DNA of 41,742 nucleotides, taken from Candidatus Hydrogenedentota bacterium. GTDB taxonomy: Bacteria; Hydrogenedentota; Hydrogenedentia; Hydrogenedentales; SLHB01. The stretch lies in assembly GCA_034408725.1 (NCBI GenBank), contig JAWXCN010000019.1:1-41742 (forward strand), in the 5' to 3' direction. The notes under the pieces are model-generated. The model did not search any database, was not told the DNA's origin, and was given only the letters and a program-made list of their open reading frames with translations. The first letter of the stretch is position 1, and each line of letters begins with the position of its first letter. Shown in pieces: positions 19,371-28,893 of this stretch. Both the position numbers and the translations under genes were made by a program.

Positions 19371-19547
19371 CTCTTTTACCTCTGGTCTTGGAACCCCATA
19401 GTATACGCTGATTGGGATTCCGAGGCCACTTTCGCATTCGAATACATCGCCGTTTACAAATCCGCGTCCTGAGCCGGATTGTCCTTCCTTGGGAACAACA
19501 TCAAATATACTGAAAATATTCCCCGGAAAAGTCGCCGCCAATTCGGA

Positions 19548-22004
19548 CTACCGATAGTCAAGCACCGTGGCTCGCGTCCAATACTTTCCAAAACCCTTCA
19601 AAAATTCCTGGTGAATCGGGTCTGCCAAGTACCTTTCCAAGGCCGCGTCGTCGAGAAGGATGATCGTCAAACCAATGCTGTAGCTATCGTCGATAACAGG
19701 CCGGTTGCCTGCCAACGGTCTTCCGTAGCTCAACGAAATAACGCCGTCGATCTTACGCAATGATTCCAAACCCTGTTGAAAAGCCGCCACGTTCTCATCG
19801 GTCAACTCGTGACTCAGCCAGAAATACACCGCGTGCGTTACGGGCTTGTCCGCGTATTCCGTTGCTGATGGCGGTGCATCAGAGGAAAAACTGTCAATAA
19901 CCCCAATCTCTTTTCCATCCGGCTGAAACGCGATCGCCTCGGCTTTCCACGACGTCTCGCCAACACTCACCCGCATATACTGATTGACCAAACCGGCCGT
20001 GTATCCCGTCAGATTCTGCGCGCCGCCGACAGTCATGTGCGGCCAATCCTTCACGACTTTTTCGCCGTGATCGAGCCAGCTACCGCCGCCGGTGATGCAG
20101 TAGTAGACTCCGTTCTTGTAGCCGCGCTCGTACTCGTGGGTGTGACCGCTGAAGCATGCATCCACGCCGTATCGTTCCATCAGCGGCACAAGCTGCGACC
20201 GTTGCGTCGATTCACCGTCGATCCACAGCTCGCAATACGGCGGCTCGTGGATAAACAGGAAAGTAAACTTCGCGTTCTGGTTCGCCTTCAAATCCTTTTC
20301 GAGCCAGTGGAAAATATCCGGATATTGCGTAGCATAGTCGATGCACACAAAGTGACACCCGGCGTAATCAAAGGAATAACTGCCATAACCTGCGTCGTAG
20401 CCAGGAATGTCTTCGCTTGGAAAGGACGCAAACTTCCGCAGCACCGCTCCACGGTAATCGTCGTGATTGCCCCACGCAACGAAGAACGGTTTCTTTGTGC
20501 CGAGATACCGCGCCACGCGATCTAGATAAAACTTGCGCGTGTCTTCATATGCACCTCCATCTTCCGCCATGTCTCCGCAGGCCACACCAAACGCCGCGTC
20601 GGACGCCGCCATGTGGCGCATCATGCTGTTAGTTGGCTCATAGGGATCGGCCTCATACGATCCTTTGTTGTGTCCCTGGCTATCGCTCCACACGCCGAAT
20701 GTGAAGGGCGCAGCCGAATCCGGTGAGGTTGTAAAAGAGAGTGTTTTCTCTTCGTGATAGCTCTCGTCCCCCCGCGGCCCATGCGGATCGAGCATCACGG
20801 TGGCCGAATACGTCGTGGAAGGTTCGAGACCGAATAAGACGACCTTGTAAATGTAGGTGCCAAACCCGGAAGGCTGGACGTCTGCACCCCAACCATCACG
20901 CCTGCCGTCAATCCGGACGCTACCAAGTACCGGTTCGTTGATCTCCCACATGAGCGTGACGCCGTCTTTCTTCAGATTCATCATGTACGGCGCGGTAAGC
21001 ATGACAACCCGCGGTTCACCGGCAACGTCAATTTCAGCGTACAAAGTGGACGATTCCGCTCCGTATTCATCCTGAAGCTTAAGGTATAGGCCAAATCCCA
21101 TGGGATAGTTGAAAGTATGCGTCATCGATATCTTTTCCTCTGGTCTTTGAAGTTCAGACCAGGTCATAAGTGGACGCCCGTCCCACGCGCAAAGCTGGTA
21201 TCTAATACGGTCGCCCTCTTTATCGGCTACGGAAAACTCGAAGGAAACGGGCTCTCCCGTCTTTGCGCGTTTCTTCTCGGGTTTTCCGGTAAAGACCGGC
21301 GCCGTATTTTCCGGACGCTCAGGCCGCAGGCGCCCAATACTTTTGATGTCCGCTGCCAACAGTGCGTGGTCGTATACAGCAATGCGCGATACCGTTAGTG
21401 GATGTTCACCCTCAGGATCGGAAAAAAACAGCACAACCTCAGGATCCAGCGAATAACGACGGTTGATGTCCTGCGGCGCGCCGGTAACAACACATTCACC
21501 GTTGAGGTACAGGTCATATCGCCCCGCATCGAGATCGGCCGCGACAATAAACCGGTACCATTCGCCGGGAACGAATGAAAACTGCGGCGACCAGCCAACG
21601 AACCCAGCGCCGATCACCCCCTCACGGTTCAGGGTTATAATTTCGCCCCCATCGATGTTGGCCAGATCGGTTTGAAATATGCCGTGACTGCGCGTATCAA
21701 CGCCGGTTTTGAAATCAACAACAAAGGTATACGCGTTAATGCGTGTTTGCCCCGGCGCCGTCGGAATGCCATGCTGCGCGCGATAGAAACTTCCAACGCC
21801 AATCGCATACGCCCCGTCGCCGGTAACGTGCCCTTCAACAGTCGCATGCGTGCCTTGCAATTCGAGATCCGCGCCAACACTCGCTGCAAGCGGTTTCCCT
21901 GCATCGTTAAACTCCCACAACCCTGTTGGTTGAGGCAAGGCGTCTGCCTTGACAACCCAAGAGCTCAACAGGACGCAGGCGAAAAAGAAAACGGCCCTTC
22001 TCAT
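19548..22004 (-). CDS. Secreted multidomain metallophosphoesterase (LamG-like + Ig/FN3-like + purple-acid-phosphatase-like + C-terminal Dabb barrel)
   Basis: SDSQ, GDMA, GNHD, HEPPY, SGHTHEYER motifs; N-terminal GLWEFND...YTFVVDF jelly-roll; C-terminal HAVYFWL...YLADPIHQEF. Confidence 0.8.
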   Translation of the reverse strand: MRRAVFFFACVLLSSWVVKADALPQPTGLWEFNDAGKPLAASVGADLELQGTHATVEGHVTGDGAYAIGVGSFYRAQHGIPTAPGQTRINAYTFVVDFKTGVDTRSHGIFQTDLANIDGGEIITLNREGVIGAGFVGWSPQFSFVPGEWYRFIVAADLDAGRYDLYLNGECVVTGAPQDINRRYSLDPEVVLFFSDPEGEHPLTVSRIAVYDHALLAADIKSIGRLRPERPENTAPVFTGKPEKKRAKTGEPVSFEFSVADKEGDRIRYQLCAWDGRPLMTWSELQRPEEKISMTHTFNYPMGFGLYLKLQDEYGAESSTLYAEIDVAGEPRVVMLTAPYMMNLKKDGVTLMWEINEPVLGSVRIDGRRDGWGADVQPSGFGTYIYKVVLFGLEPSTTYSATVMLDPHGPRGDESYHEEKTLSFTTSPDSAAPFTFGVWSDSQGHNKGSYEADPYEPTNSMMRHMAASDAAFGVACGDMAEDGGAYEDTRKFYLDRVARYLGTKKPFFVAWGNHDDYRGAVLRKFASFPSEDIPGYDAGYGSYSFDYAGCHFVCIDYATQYPDIFHWLEKDLKANQNAKFTFLFIHEPPYCELWIDGESTQRSQLVPLMERYGVDACFSGHTHEYERGYKNGVYYCITGGGSWLDHGEKVVKDWPHMTVGGAQNLTGYTAGLVNQYMRVSVGETSWKAEAIAFQPDGKEIGVIDSFSSDAPPSATEYADKPVTHAVYFWLSHELTDENVAAFQQGLESLRKIDGVISLSYGRPLAGNRPVIDDSYSIGLTIILLDDAALERYLADPIHQEFLKGFGKYWTRATVLDYR

Positions 22005-22050
22005 AAGTCCCCCTAGATTCGTTCGATATGAAGTTTGGATATCAGACCGT

Positions 22051-22375
22051 ACATCCCCCTAAATCCCCCTTCAAAGGGGGACTTTGAAGATCGATTATGC
22101 GTGTGACTTTTGCCCAGCAATTGCGATTCATGACACTAGCGTGAGTCCCACTAGCCTAACAGCCCGTGGCAGAAGTCCAAAATGACCATTTCGATATCGA
22201 AAAACGCCTTACTTTCCGGGGGTCAGAACGCATCAAAATTACTTCGAAAATGTCTATTTCGATATCGAAAAACGCCCTATTTTCCAGGGGTCGGAACGCA
22301 TCAAAATTACTTCTGCCACGGGCTGCTAAGCCCTCCTTGCTTAAGTCCCCCTTTGAAGGGGGGGTGGGGGGATGT
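22051..22375. repeat. Inverted pair of REP-like palindromes flanking an inserted element
   Basis: ACATCCCCCTAAATCCCCCTTCAAAGGGGGACTT (22051-22084) and near-reverse-complement AAGTCCCCCTTTGAAGGGGGGGTGGGGGGATGT (22343-22375). Confidence 0.8.
22160..22325. mobile_element. 166-bp MITE-like non-autonomous element
   Basis: Perfect 17-bp TIRs CAGCCCGTGGCAGAAGT (22160-22176) / ACTTCTGCCACGGGCTG (22309-22325); CTAA on both flanks (22156-22159, 22326-22329); interior is two 68-bp tandem units. Confidence 0.8.
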
Positions 22376-22429
22376 TCTTCTTACGTTCCCAATCCATCGC
22401 CACATATTCACTTGAACCTCCCAACGGCC

Positions 22430-22473
22430 AAAATAAAATCAGGCGCCCCCGCCATTATGCGAAGGCGCCTGAT
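22430..22473 (-). terminator. Intrinsic terminator after ahcY
   Basis: 10-bp stem ATCAGGCGCC/GGCGCCTGAT followed by a T-rich run on the minus strand. Confidence 0.7.
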
Positions 22474-22491
22474 AACATTCGAGATTCCCGA

Positions 22492-23943
22492 TTAATACCG
22501 GTAATGCTCAGGCTTGTACGGACCTTCCGCGGAAATGCCGAGATATTTCGACTGCTTCTCCGTTAATGTCTCCAGCTTCGCGCCGAGCTTTCCGAGGTGC
22601 AACCGCGCGACTTCTTCATCCAGCTTCTTCGGCAGCGTGTACACCTTGCCGATTTCGTATTTCTCCGTCTCAGTCGCGAGCGAGATTTGCGCCAGCGTCT
22701 GGTTCGAGAACGAGTTGGACATCACAAACGACGGATGACCCGTTGCGCAACCAAGGTTCACCAAACGCCCGCGCGCAAGCAGCACGATCGCCTTGCCGTT
22801 CGAGAAAATAAATTTATCCACCTGCGGCTTAATTTCAAGTTCTTTCACGCGCCCGGCCTTCACTTCATTCTCCAGCCACGCGACTTCGATTTCGGAATCG
22901 AAGTGGCCGATGTTGCACAGAATTGCCTCGTCTTTCATGGCGACAAAATGCTCGCCGCGAATCACGTCGCAGCAGCCTGTCGTGCTCACAAAAATATCGC
23001 CCTGCGGCACGGCCTCGGCCATCGTAACGACCTGATACCCTTCCATGCAGGCCTGCAACGCGCAAATGGGATCGATTTCGGTGATCAACACGCGCGCGCC
23101 AAGACCTTTCATCGCCGCCGCGCAACCCTTGCCCACATCGCCGTAACCGGCAATCACGACGACCTTGCCCGCGACCATGACGTCCGTCGCCCGCTTGATG
23201 CCGTCCGCCAATGATTCGCGGCAACCGTACAGGTTGTCGAACTTCGACTTCGTAACCGAATCGTTCACGTTAATCGCGCGGGTGCGGAGTTTTCCAACGT
23301 TCATCATTTGGTACAGCCGATGAACGCCCGTCGTCGTTTCCTCGGAAACGCCGATCCAGTTCTGCACGTACTCGCGCCACTTGTTTGGATTTTCCGCGTG
23401 TACGCGATGCAGCAATTCGTCGATGATCTGAATCTCCGGATTCGACGTATCGATCTTCGGCAGCGCGCCCGTCCGTTCGAATTCTTCTTCAAAATCGCAG
23501 CCGCGATGAATCAGCAACGTCGCGTCGCCGCCGTCGTCCACAATCAAGTGCGGACCCGACCCGTCCGGCCACGTGAGCGCCTCCAGCGTATAGTCCCAAT
23601 ACTCCTGCAAGGTCTCGCCCTTGATCGCGAACACCGGAACGCCGGTCTTCGCAATGGCCGCCGCCGCGTGGTCCTGCGTCGAGAAAATGTTGCAGCTCGC
23701 CCAGCGCACGTCCGCGCCCAGCGCGACCAGCGTCTCGATCAGCACCGCCGTCTGGATCGTCATGTGCAACGAACCCGTCACCCGCTGCCCTTTCAACGGC
23801 TGCGCGGACGCGTAGCGATCGCGAATCGAAATCAACCCCGGCATCTCCTTCTCGGCGATGTCGATTTCCTTGCGGCCCCAGTCCGCCAACTTCATATCCG
23901 CAATCTTGTACTGCGGCGTTTTTGTAGCCGTTACCACTGCCAT
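22492..23943 (-). CDS. ahcY: Adenosylhomocysteinase (SAH hydrolase)
   Basis: [75 protein letters not shown]. Confidence 0.98.
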   Translation of the reverse strand: MAVVTATKTPQYKIADMKLADWGRKEIDIAEKEMPGLISIRDRYASAQPLKGQRVTGSLHMTIQTAVLIETLVALGADVRWASCNIFSTQDHAAAAIAKTGVPVFAIKGETLQEYWDYTLEALTWPDGSGPHLIVDDGGDATLLIHRGCDFEEEFERTGALPKIDTSNPEIQIIDELLHRVHAENPNKWREYVQNWIGVSEETTTGVHRLYQMMNVGKLRTRAINVNDSVTKSKFDNLYGCRESLADGIKRATDVMVAGKVVVIAGYGDVGKGCAAAMKGLGARVLITEIDPICALQACMEGYQVVTMAEAVPQGDIFVSTTGCCDVIRGEHFVAMKDEAILCNIGHFDSEIEVAWLENEVKAGRVKELEIKPQVDKFIFSNGKAIVLLARGRLVNLGCATGHPSFVMSNSFSNQTLAQISLATETEKYEIGKVYTLPKKLDEEVARLHLGKLGAKLETLTEKQSKYLGISAEGPYKPEHYRY

Positions 23944-23959
23944 TACATCGTCTCCTCGT

Positions 23960-24721
23960 TCAACGCTTCTTTACCGTTTTGCTTCGGACACCCTGGACCA
24001 CTATTTCGCACACTTCCACGGGCCGCTCAATGCCCATGAAATTTACCTTCACAAACTTTCCCGCGGGCACCGGCGACTCGATCCCACGCACCACGCTTGC
24101 CGGCGCCGCAATCCCGCTCGCCGTTTTCGACTCGGCCCATTCCATCGTGAGGAACGCAATGTTCACCGTCTCGCCCATGATGTCGGGCCGCGCATATTCC
24201 GGATGGCCAACAGACCCGAGATAAATCTCGCCACTGCTCAGGCCGACCCGCAGGTCCTCGCCTACCATCGCCTTTCCCTCGATCGCCGCGCGCAACGCCC
24301 GATCACGGTGCGCGGCGCCGGAGAAAAACGCGAGATAACGGTCGCCCATGTATTTCACCGGCACGCCGTCGTGCCGCAATGTCAATTCCGTCATCTGGTA
24401 AAACATGCCGTTCGCCCAGATCGCGAAATCGCGCGCGCGCATGTTCAGCGAACGCTCGTACGCGCCCGCCACGCTCGATACCAGCACCGTCGCCTCGAAC
24501 ACGTCACGCCCGGATTCCCCGACACCCAATAACCAGTCCACCGACACGCCCAGCAACTTAACAAGTCCGCCCAGCACCGCAATGTCCGGCGCGTTCTCGC
24601 CGCGCTCCCATTTCGATACCGCCTGCGGACTAATGTTCAGCGCATTCGCAACGTCCTGTTGCTTCAGCCCGCGCTTCTCCCGCTGACCACGTATCCGTTT
24701 CGCCAAGTCGGGAAGAAACAT
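23960..24721 (-). CDS. XRE-family HTH regulator fused to a degenerate class III nucleotidyl-cyclase domain
   Basis: N-terminal [36 protein letters not shown]-terminal [33 protein letters not shown]. Confidence 0.85.
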   Translation of the reverse strand: MFLPDLAKRIRGQREKRGLKQQDVANALNISPQAVSKWERGENAPDIAVLGGLVKLLGVSVDWLLGVGESGRDVFEATVLVSSVAGAYERSLNMRARDFAIWANGMFYQMTELTLRHDGVPVKYMGDRYLAFFSGAAHRDRALRAAIEGKAMVGEDLRVGLSSGEIYLGSVGHPEYARPDIMGETVNIAFLTMEWAESKTASGIAAPASVVRGIESPVPAGKFVKVNFMGIERPVEVCEIVVQGVRSKTVKKR

Positions 24722-24755
24722 AATTGCGCGCGCAAGCCTCCAAAGCGTTGAGAAA

Positions 24756-24797
24756 AGTTTAGCCTACACCCACAAACTGCGCAATAACGATATGGTT
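24756..24797 (-). promoter_or_regulatory. Putative sigma70 promoter of the XRE-ahcY operon with an adjacent imperfect palindrome
   Basis: Minus strand TTGCGC (24784-24779), 17-bp spacer, TAAACT (24761-24756); AACGATATGGTT at 24786-24797. Confidence 0.45.
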
Positions 24798-24831
24798 GTG
24801 CCGATTGCCGTTCCAGTTGAGCCAGATTGCT

Positions 24832-24874
24832 AAAAGGGCCATCCCGCGACGCTGCATACGCCTGGGATGGCCCT
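24832..24874 (-). terminator. Intrinsic terminator after glutamine synthetase
   Basis: 11-bp stem AGGGCCATCCC/GGGATGGCCCT followed by a short T run on the minus strand. Confidence 0.7.
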
Positions 24875-24907
24875 GGATTCTAACCGATTCCGCCAATTGC
24901 GGTACTG

Positions 24908-27082
24908 TTACTTGATAAACAGCATCTCCTGGTACGTCGGGAGCGGCCATAGGTCGTCGGCGATGATGCCTTCGAGTTCATCAACTACCGCGCGAAGCCC
25001 CTGCATCGCGGGGATGACGGAGTCGCGACAATAGTCGCAGGCATGGTGCGCTTCCGCGGGCACGGCCTTGCGCTTTTCGTCGAGCGCTCGGATCGTCGCG
25101 TGAAGATTGGCCACGAGCGTGGTGACGTAGGTCAACGTTTCCGCGTCGGCCTTGATGCCGACTGCGTTGAGGTTGGCGAGGCTGATGGCAAGTTCGCTTT
25201 GATACCGGATCGCCGCCGGGAAGATCATGGTCTTGGCGATTTCGAGCATGAGGTTTGCTTCGACCTTGATCGTCTTCACGTATTGTTCGGCGTAAACTTC
25301 GTAGCGGCTTTCGGTCTCGCGGCGCGAGAGAACTTTGTACTTTTCGAACAAGGCGATGACTTCTTCCGATTTGATCACCGGCAAGGCGTCGGGCGAGGCC
25401 TGCAAGTTCGGAAGGCCTCGTTTGGCCGCTTCCTTGTGCCAGGCTTCTGAATAGCCGTCTCCGTTGAATACGACGGCTTCACTCTCGGCATAGACGGTCT
25501 TGATCAGGGATTCAACGGCCTTGCCGAGTTTTTCCGGCGTGCTCGTGTCTGCCTTCTCCAGAAGGTCCGCGCAGTATTGCAGCGATTCCGCCATGATCGT
25601 GTTGAGCGCGACGAGCGGTCCGGCGATGGATTGGCTCGAACCGACGGCGCGGAACTCGAAGCGGTTGCCGGTAAACGCCATCGGGCTCGTGCGATTGCGG
25701 TCGCCGGAGTGGCGTGGAATGGACGGCAGCACATCGACGCCGACGTGCAACACATCTCGTTTCGATTGCACTGGCTTGCCTTTCGCAATGGACTCGATGA
25801 TCTCGGTGAGTTCGGCGCCAAGAAACACCGAAATGATCGCCGGGGGCGCTTCGTTCGCGCCGAGCCGGTGATCGTTCGATGCCGTCGCGACGACGGAACG
25901 AAGCAGCGGCGACCAATGATAGACCGCGCGGATCATCGCCATGCAAAACACGAGGAACTGCGCGTTTTCCGCGGGGGTATCACCCGGATCGAAGAGGTTG
26001 CCCGCGAGGGATGATCCCATCGAGTAGTTCAGGTGTTTGCCGGAGCCGTTCACGCCGACGAACGGTTTTTCGTGGAACAAACAGACCATGCCGTATTTCT
26101 CGGCGAGGCGCTTGAGCGTGACCATGATGAGCTGCTGATGATCAGTTGCGAGGTTCGCATACTCGAACACCGGCGCAAGTTCGTATTGGCTCGGCGCGAC
26201 TTCGTTGTGGCGCGTCTTGATGGGAATGCCAAGCTTGAAGCATTCACGTTCGACCTCGAACATATAGGCAAGCACCCGCTCGGGGATCGCGCCGAAATAA
26301 TGGTCCTCGAATTCCTGTCCCTTGGGCGGCGCCGCGCCGAACAGGGTGCGTCCCGCGTTGATCAGATCAGGCCGGGCAAAGTAGAAGTTTTTGTCGATCA
26401 GGAAGTATTCCTGTTCGGCGCCGGCTGTGCTCGATACAAATGCGCCGTGCGTTCCAAACTGTTTGAGAACTCGTTGCGCCTGCGCGTTGAGCGCCTGCAT
26501 CGAACGGAGTACAGGGGTCTTTTTGTCGAGCGCCTCGCCGGTCCATGATACGAAGGCCGTGGGAATGCAGAGGGTTGTGCCATTCGGGTTCTCGAGGATA
26601 TACGCCGGGCTGGTGACGTCCCAGATGGTGTATCCGCGCGCCTCGAAAGTCTGCCGGATGCCGCCGGAGGGAAACGACGAGCCGTCGGGTTCGCCCTGGA
26701 TCAACGTCTTTCCGTCGAACTCGGCGACGGTCCCGCCGTTGCCGTCGGGACTAAAGAACGAGTCGTGTTTTTCCGCGGTCAACCCTGTGAGCGGGTAGAA
26801 AACGTGGGCGTAATGCGTCGCGCCTTTCTCCAAGGCCCAGGATTTCATTTCGGTTGCGACGGCGTCGGCGGTGCTCGCGTCGAGTATCGACTTGGTTTCG
26901 ATAGTATCCTTCAAAGACTTGTACACGGCTTTCGGGAGGCGCTTTTGCATGACCGGCAAACTGAATACGTTTTCGCCGAAAAGCGTTCCGGTCGGCACTT
27001 CGGAAAACGGGACGCTGCAACCCGCCGACGACTGATTCACCGCGCGTGCGATTGCTGATGTTCTTGCTGAATTTCCGCTCAT
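24908..27082 (-). CDS. Glutamine synthetase type III (GlnN-like)
   Basis: [90 protein letters not shown]; start 27082 or 27100. Confidence 0.95.
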   Translation of the reverse strand: MSGNSARTSAIARAVNQSSAGCSVPFSEVPTGTLFGENVFSLPVMQKRLPKAVYKSLKDTIETKSILDASTADAVATEMKSWALEKGATHYAHVFYPLTGLTAEKHDSFFSPDGNGGTVAEFDGKTLIQGEPDGSSFPSGGIRQTFEARGYTIWDVTSPAYILENPNGTTLCIPTAFVSWTGEALDKKTPVLRSMQALNAQAQRVLKQFGTHGAFVSSTAGAEQEYFLIDKNFYFARPDLINAGRTLFGAAPPKGQEFEDHYFGAIPERVLAYMFEVERECFKLGIPIKTRHNEVAPSQYELAPVFEYANLATDHQQLIMVTLKRLAEKYGMVCLFHEKPFVGVNGSGKHLNYSMGSSLAGNLFDPGDTPAENAQFLVFCMAMIRAVYHWSPLLRSVVATASNDHRLGANEAPPAIISVFLGAELTEIIESIAKGKPVQSKRDVLHVGVDVLPSIPRHSGDRNRTSPMAFTGNRFEFRAVGSSQSIAGPLVALNTIMAESLQYCADLLEKADTSTPEKLGKAVESLIKTVYAESEAVVFNGDGYSEAWHKEAAKRGLPNLQASPDALPVIKSEEVIALFEKYKVLSRRETESRYEVYAEQYVKTIKVEANLMLEIAKTMIFPAAIRYQSELAISLANLNAVGIKADAETLTYVTTLVANLHATIRALDEKRKAVPAEAHHACDYCRDSVIPAMQGLRAVVDELEGIIADDLWPLPTYQEMLFIK

Positions 27083-27409
27083 GACATTTCCATTATTCAT
27101 TGGTTAAAAGCCCGGCAACCAATTGCGTCGGTATTTGCACCGCGCGCGCAACGGCTACGTGTTAAAGGTTTCAGTTGATCAGAATAGTACGTTTACGTAG
27201 CTTTCCCGGCGAAATGTTACGAATATGATAGCCTCCTCTATTGTCTGCGCCTGTCCCTGCGCGCACCGTCCACGCTGCACCATTTAAACAAACCGGGTGA
27301 TAATACACGGGTTCCGTCGTGATCGGTAATGCGGGATTGTGCCGCAATCGGCCGATAAACGTCAGGTGGTTTTAAGGGAGCAAACACCATGCCGACGCGC
27401 GGCGCAGCA

Positions 27410-27418
27410 TGGTACGAT
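27410..27418 (+). promoter_or_regulatory. Putative extended -10 promoter
   Basis: TGGTACGAT upstream of SD GAGGAG (27433-27438) and ATG 27449. Confidence 0.4.
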
Positions 27419-27448
27419 ATGGAACCGCAACTGAGGAGTTTGGCCGCA

Positions 27449-28441
27449 ATGATTTTCCAATTACCTTGGCGCACACGCGCGGGCGCGCTCGTGTTCGCAC
27501 TGCTGAGCGCGGCGCACGCAGACGTTGGGTTTACAAGAACCAGCGGCGCGGTCGAAATCCGTATCGACGACAAGCAGTTTGCGACCTACCGATGGGCTGA
27601 TCCGGAGATCGCGCGCCCGTACTTCTGCAATGTGTATGCGCCAAATGGAACCGTGGTGACCCGGACCCATCCGCCCGATCCGGTCATCAATAAGGATAAC
27701 GCGGACCATGAAACGATGCATCCGGGTATCTGGCTCGCATTCGGAGACGTTAACGGACTCGACGTGTGGCGCAACAAGGCGCGGGTACGGCATGTCCGCT
27801 TCGCGCAGGAACCGGATACCGACGATACGCACGGCTACTTCACCGTGGTCAATGCCTATGAACCGTTGGAAGGATCATCCGCCGCGGGCATTCAGGAAGT
27901 GTGCAAATACGATATTTATCCGCTCGACATGGGCTGGTTCCTGATTGCGCAATCCGTGTTTCGGCCAGCCGCGGCAGGGTTCCGTTTTGGCGATCAGGAG
28001 GAAATGGGTTTGGGCGTGCGCGTGAACACGCCGATCACCGTCAAGTTCGGGTCGGGCGCGCTTCTCAACAGCGAAGGCGGCCGCAATGAATACGGGACTT
28101 GGGGCCAGCGCGCGAAGTGGTGCAGCGCATTTGGCAGCGTTAATGGAAGTATCGCCGGTTTAACGGTGATGCCTGGCCCCGGGAACTTCCGGCAGTCCTG
28201 GTTTCACTCTCGCGATTACGGCTTGATTGTCGCCAATCCGTTCGGCAAAAAAGCAATGACTGCGGCAGAGAAACCGGAGGTCGCACCCGATGTTACACCG
28301 GTCGCGCCCGGCGAAGAGTTCAGGCTTGCGTTTGGCGTGTTTGTTTTTTCAGGCGAGACCCCGCCTGACAACGCGACTGCGTATGAATGGTTTCAGGAGT
28401 TGTTGGGACAGAGCGAACCGCCGGCTGCGATAGCACCGTAA
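27449..28441 (+). CDS. Secreted PmoA-like (DUF6807-type) beta-rich hypothetical protein; not a methane monooxygenase
   Basis: FATY....RPYF..V.APNG..VTR, DH..MHPGIWLAFGDVNG.D.W, FGDQEEMGLGVR, WFHSRDYGLIVANPFG; signal peptide ending AHA. Confidence 0.7.
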   Translation: MIFQLPWRTRAGALVFALLSAAHADVGFTRTSGAVEIRIDDKQFATYRWADPEIARPYFCNVYAPNGTVVTRTHPPDPVINKDNADHETMHPGIWLAFGDVNGLDVWRNKARVRHVRFAQEPDTDDTHGYFTVVNAYEPLEGSSAAGIQEVCKYDIYPLDMGWFLIAQSVFRPAAAGFRFGDQEEMGLGVRVNTPITVKFGSGALLNSEGGRNEYGTWGQRAKWCSAFGSVNGSIAGLTVMPGPGNFRQSWFHSRDYGLIVANPFGKKAMTAAEKPEVAPDVTPVAPGEEFRLAFGVFVFSGETPPDNATAYEWFQELLGQSEPPAAIAP

Positions 28442-28465
28442 GATTGCTTGCTTCGCAAACAGCCG

Positions 28466-28747
28466 TCATCGCACAGACCGGACCGGTGCCGGTGCGGACT
28501 GCACTGCGGGCGAACTATATGGCGTGACCGGCGCTAGGCCATCGCTCTCCCGCGGAATGAGCGCATCCATGACATACCCCGCTAAGATTAATATGGCTGC
28601 CAGGGCAAACCCCACGCCGATAAACACTTGGAACATGCGTTTCAACCGCCGTTCGCGCTCGAAATCGATATTGTAGGGGTTGGCGGGATCGCTCCCCGGC
28701 GGGGATTTCGGCGTATTCGTATTAGACACTTGCGCATTGCCTTCCAT
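28466..28747 (-). CDS. Small single-pass membrane protein, unknown function
   Basis: Basic RERRLKR then hydrophobic FQVFIGVGFALAAILILAGYVM; fills the intergenic gap. Confidence 0.6.
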   Translation of the reverse strand: MEGNAQVSNTNTPKSPPGSDPANPYNIDFERERRLKRMFQVFIGVGFALAAILILAGYVMDALIPRESDGLAPVTPYSSPAVQSAPAPVRSVR

Positions 28748-28804
28748 TAACTTGTTTGGCTTACCGGCAATGGTAACCGCGCTGACGGGCTAAGGCAAGG
28801 GATC

Positions 28805-28862
28805 GGGGACAGCCACGGGCATCCAAACGCGATGCCCGTGACAGTCCCCTACGCGCAGTTGC
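28805..28862. repeat. REP-like hairpin element, copy A
   Basis: GGGGACAGCCACGGGCATC-loop-GATGCCCGTGACAGTCCCCTACGCGCAGTTGC; related copy at 40555-40611. Confidence 0.7.
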
Positions 28863-28893
28863 GTCATAACGCGCGCCCGGTTACTCTATCCTC

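Noticed and set aside
22166-22495. ORFs 22166-22495 and 22182-22415 as real genes or a transposase
   Set aside because: They only translate the MITE/REP repeats; no DDE or HUH motifs
23944-24830. SAH or SAM riboswitch upstream of ahcY
   Set aside because: Only 16 bp precede ahcY, and no SAH (GAGGAGCG...AGGCUC) or SAM-I core is recognisable upstream of the regulator
27101-27390. Sigma54 promoter, NtrC box or glutamine riboswitch for GS III
   Set aside because: Only half-sites (TGCACC at ~27136 and ~27276); no correctly spaced GG-N10-GC element with consensus context was found
27449-28441. Particulate methane monooxygenase subunit
   Set aside because: Soluble secreted beta-protein with no multi-TM pattern and no pmoB/pmoC; the family name is misleading
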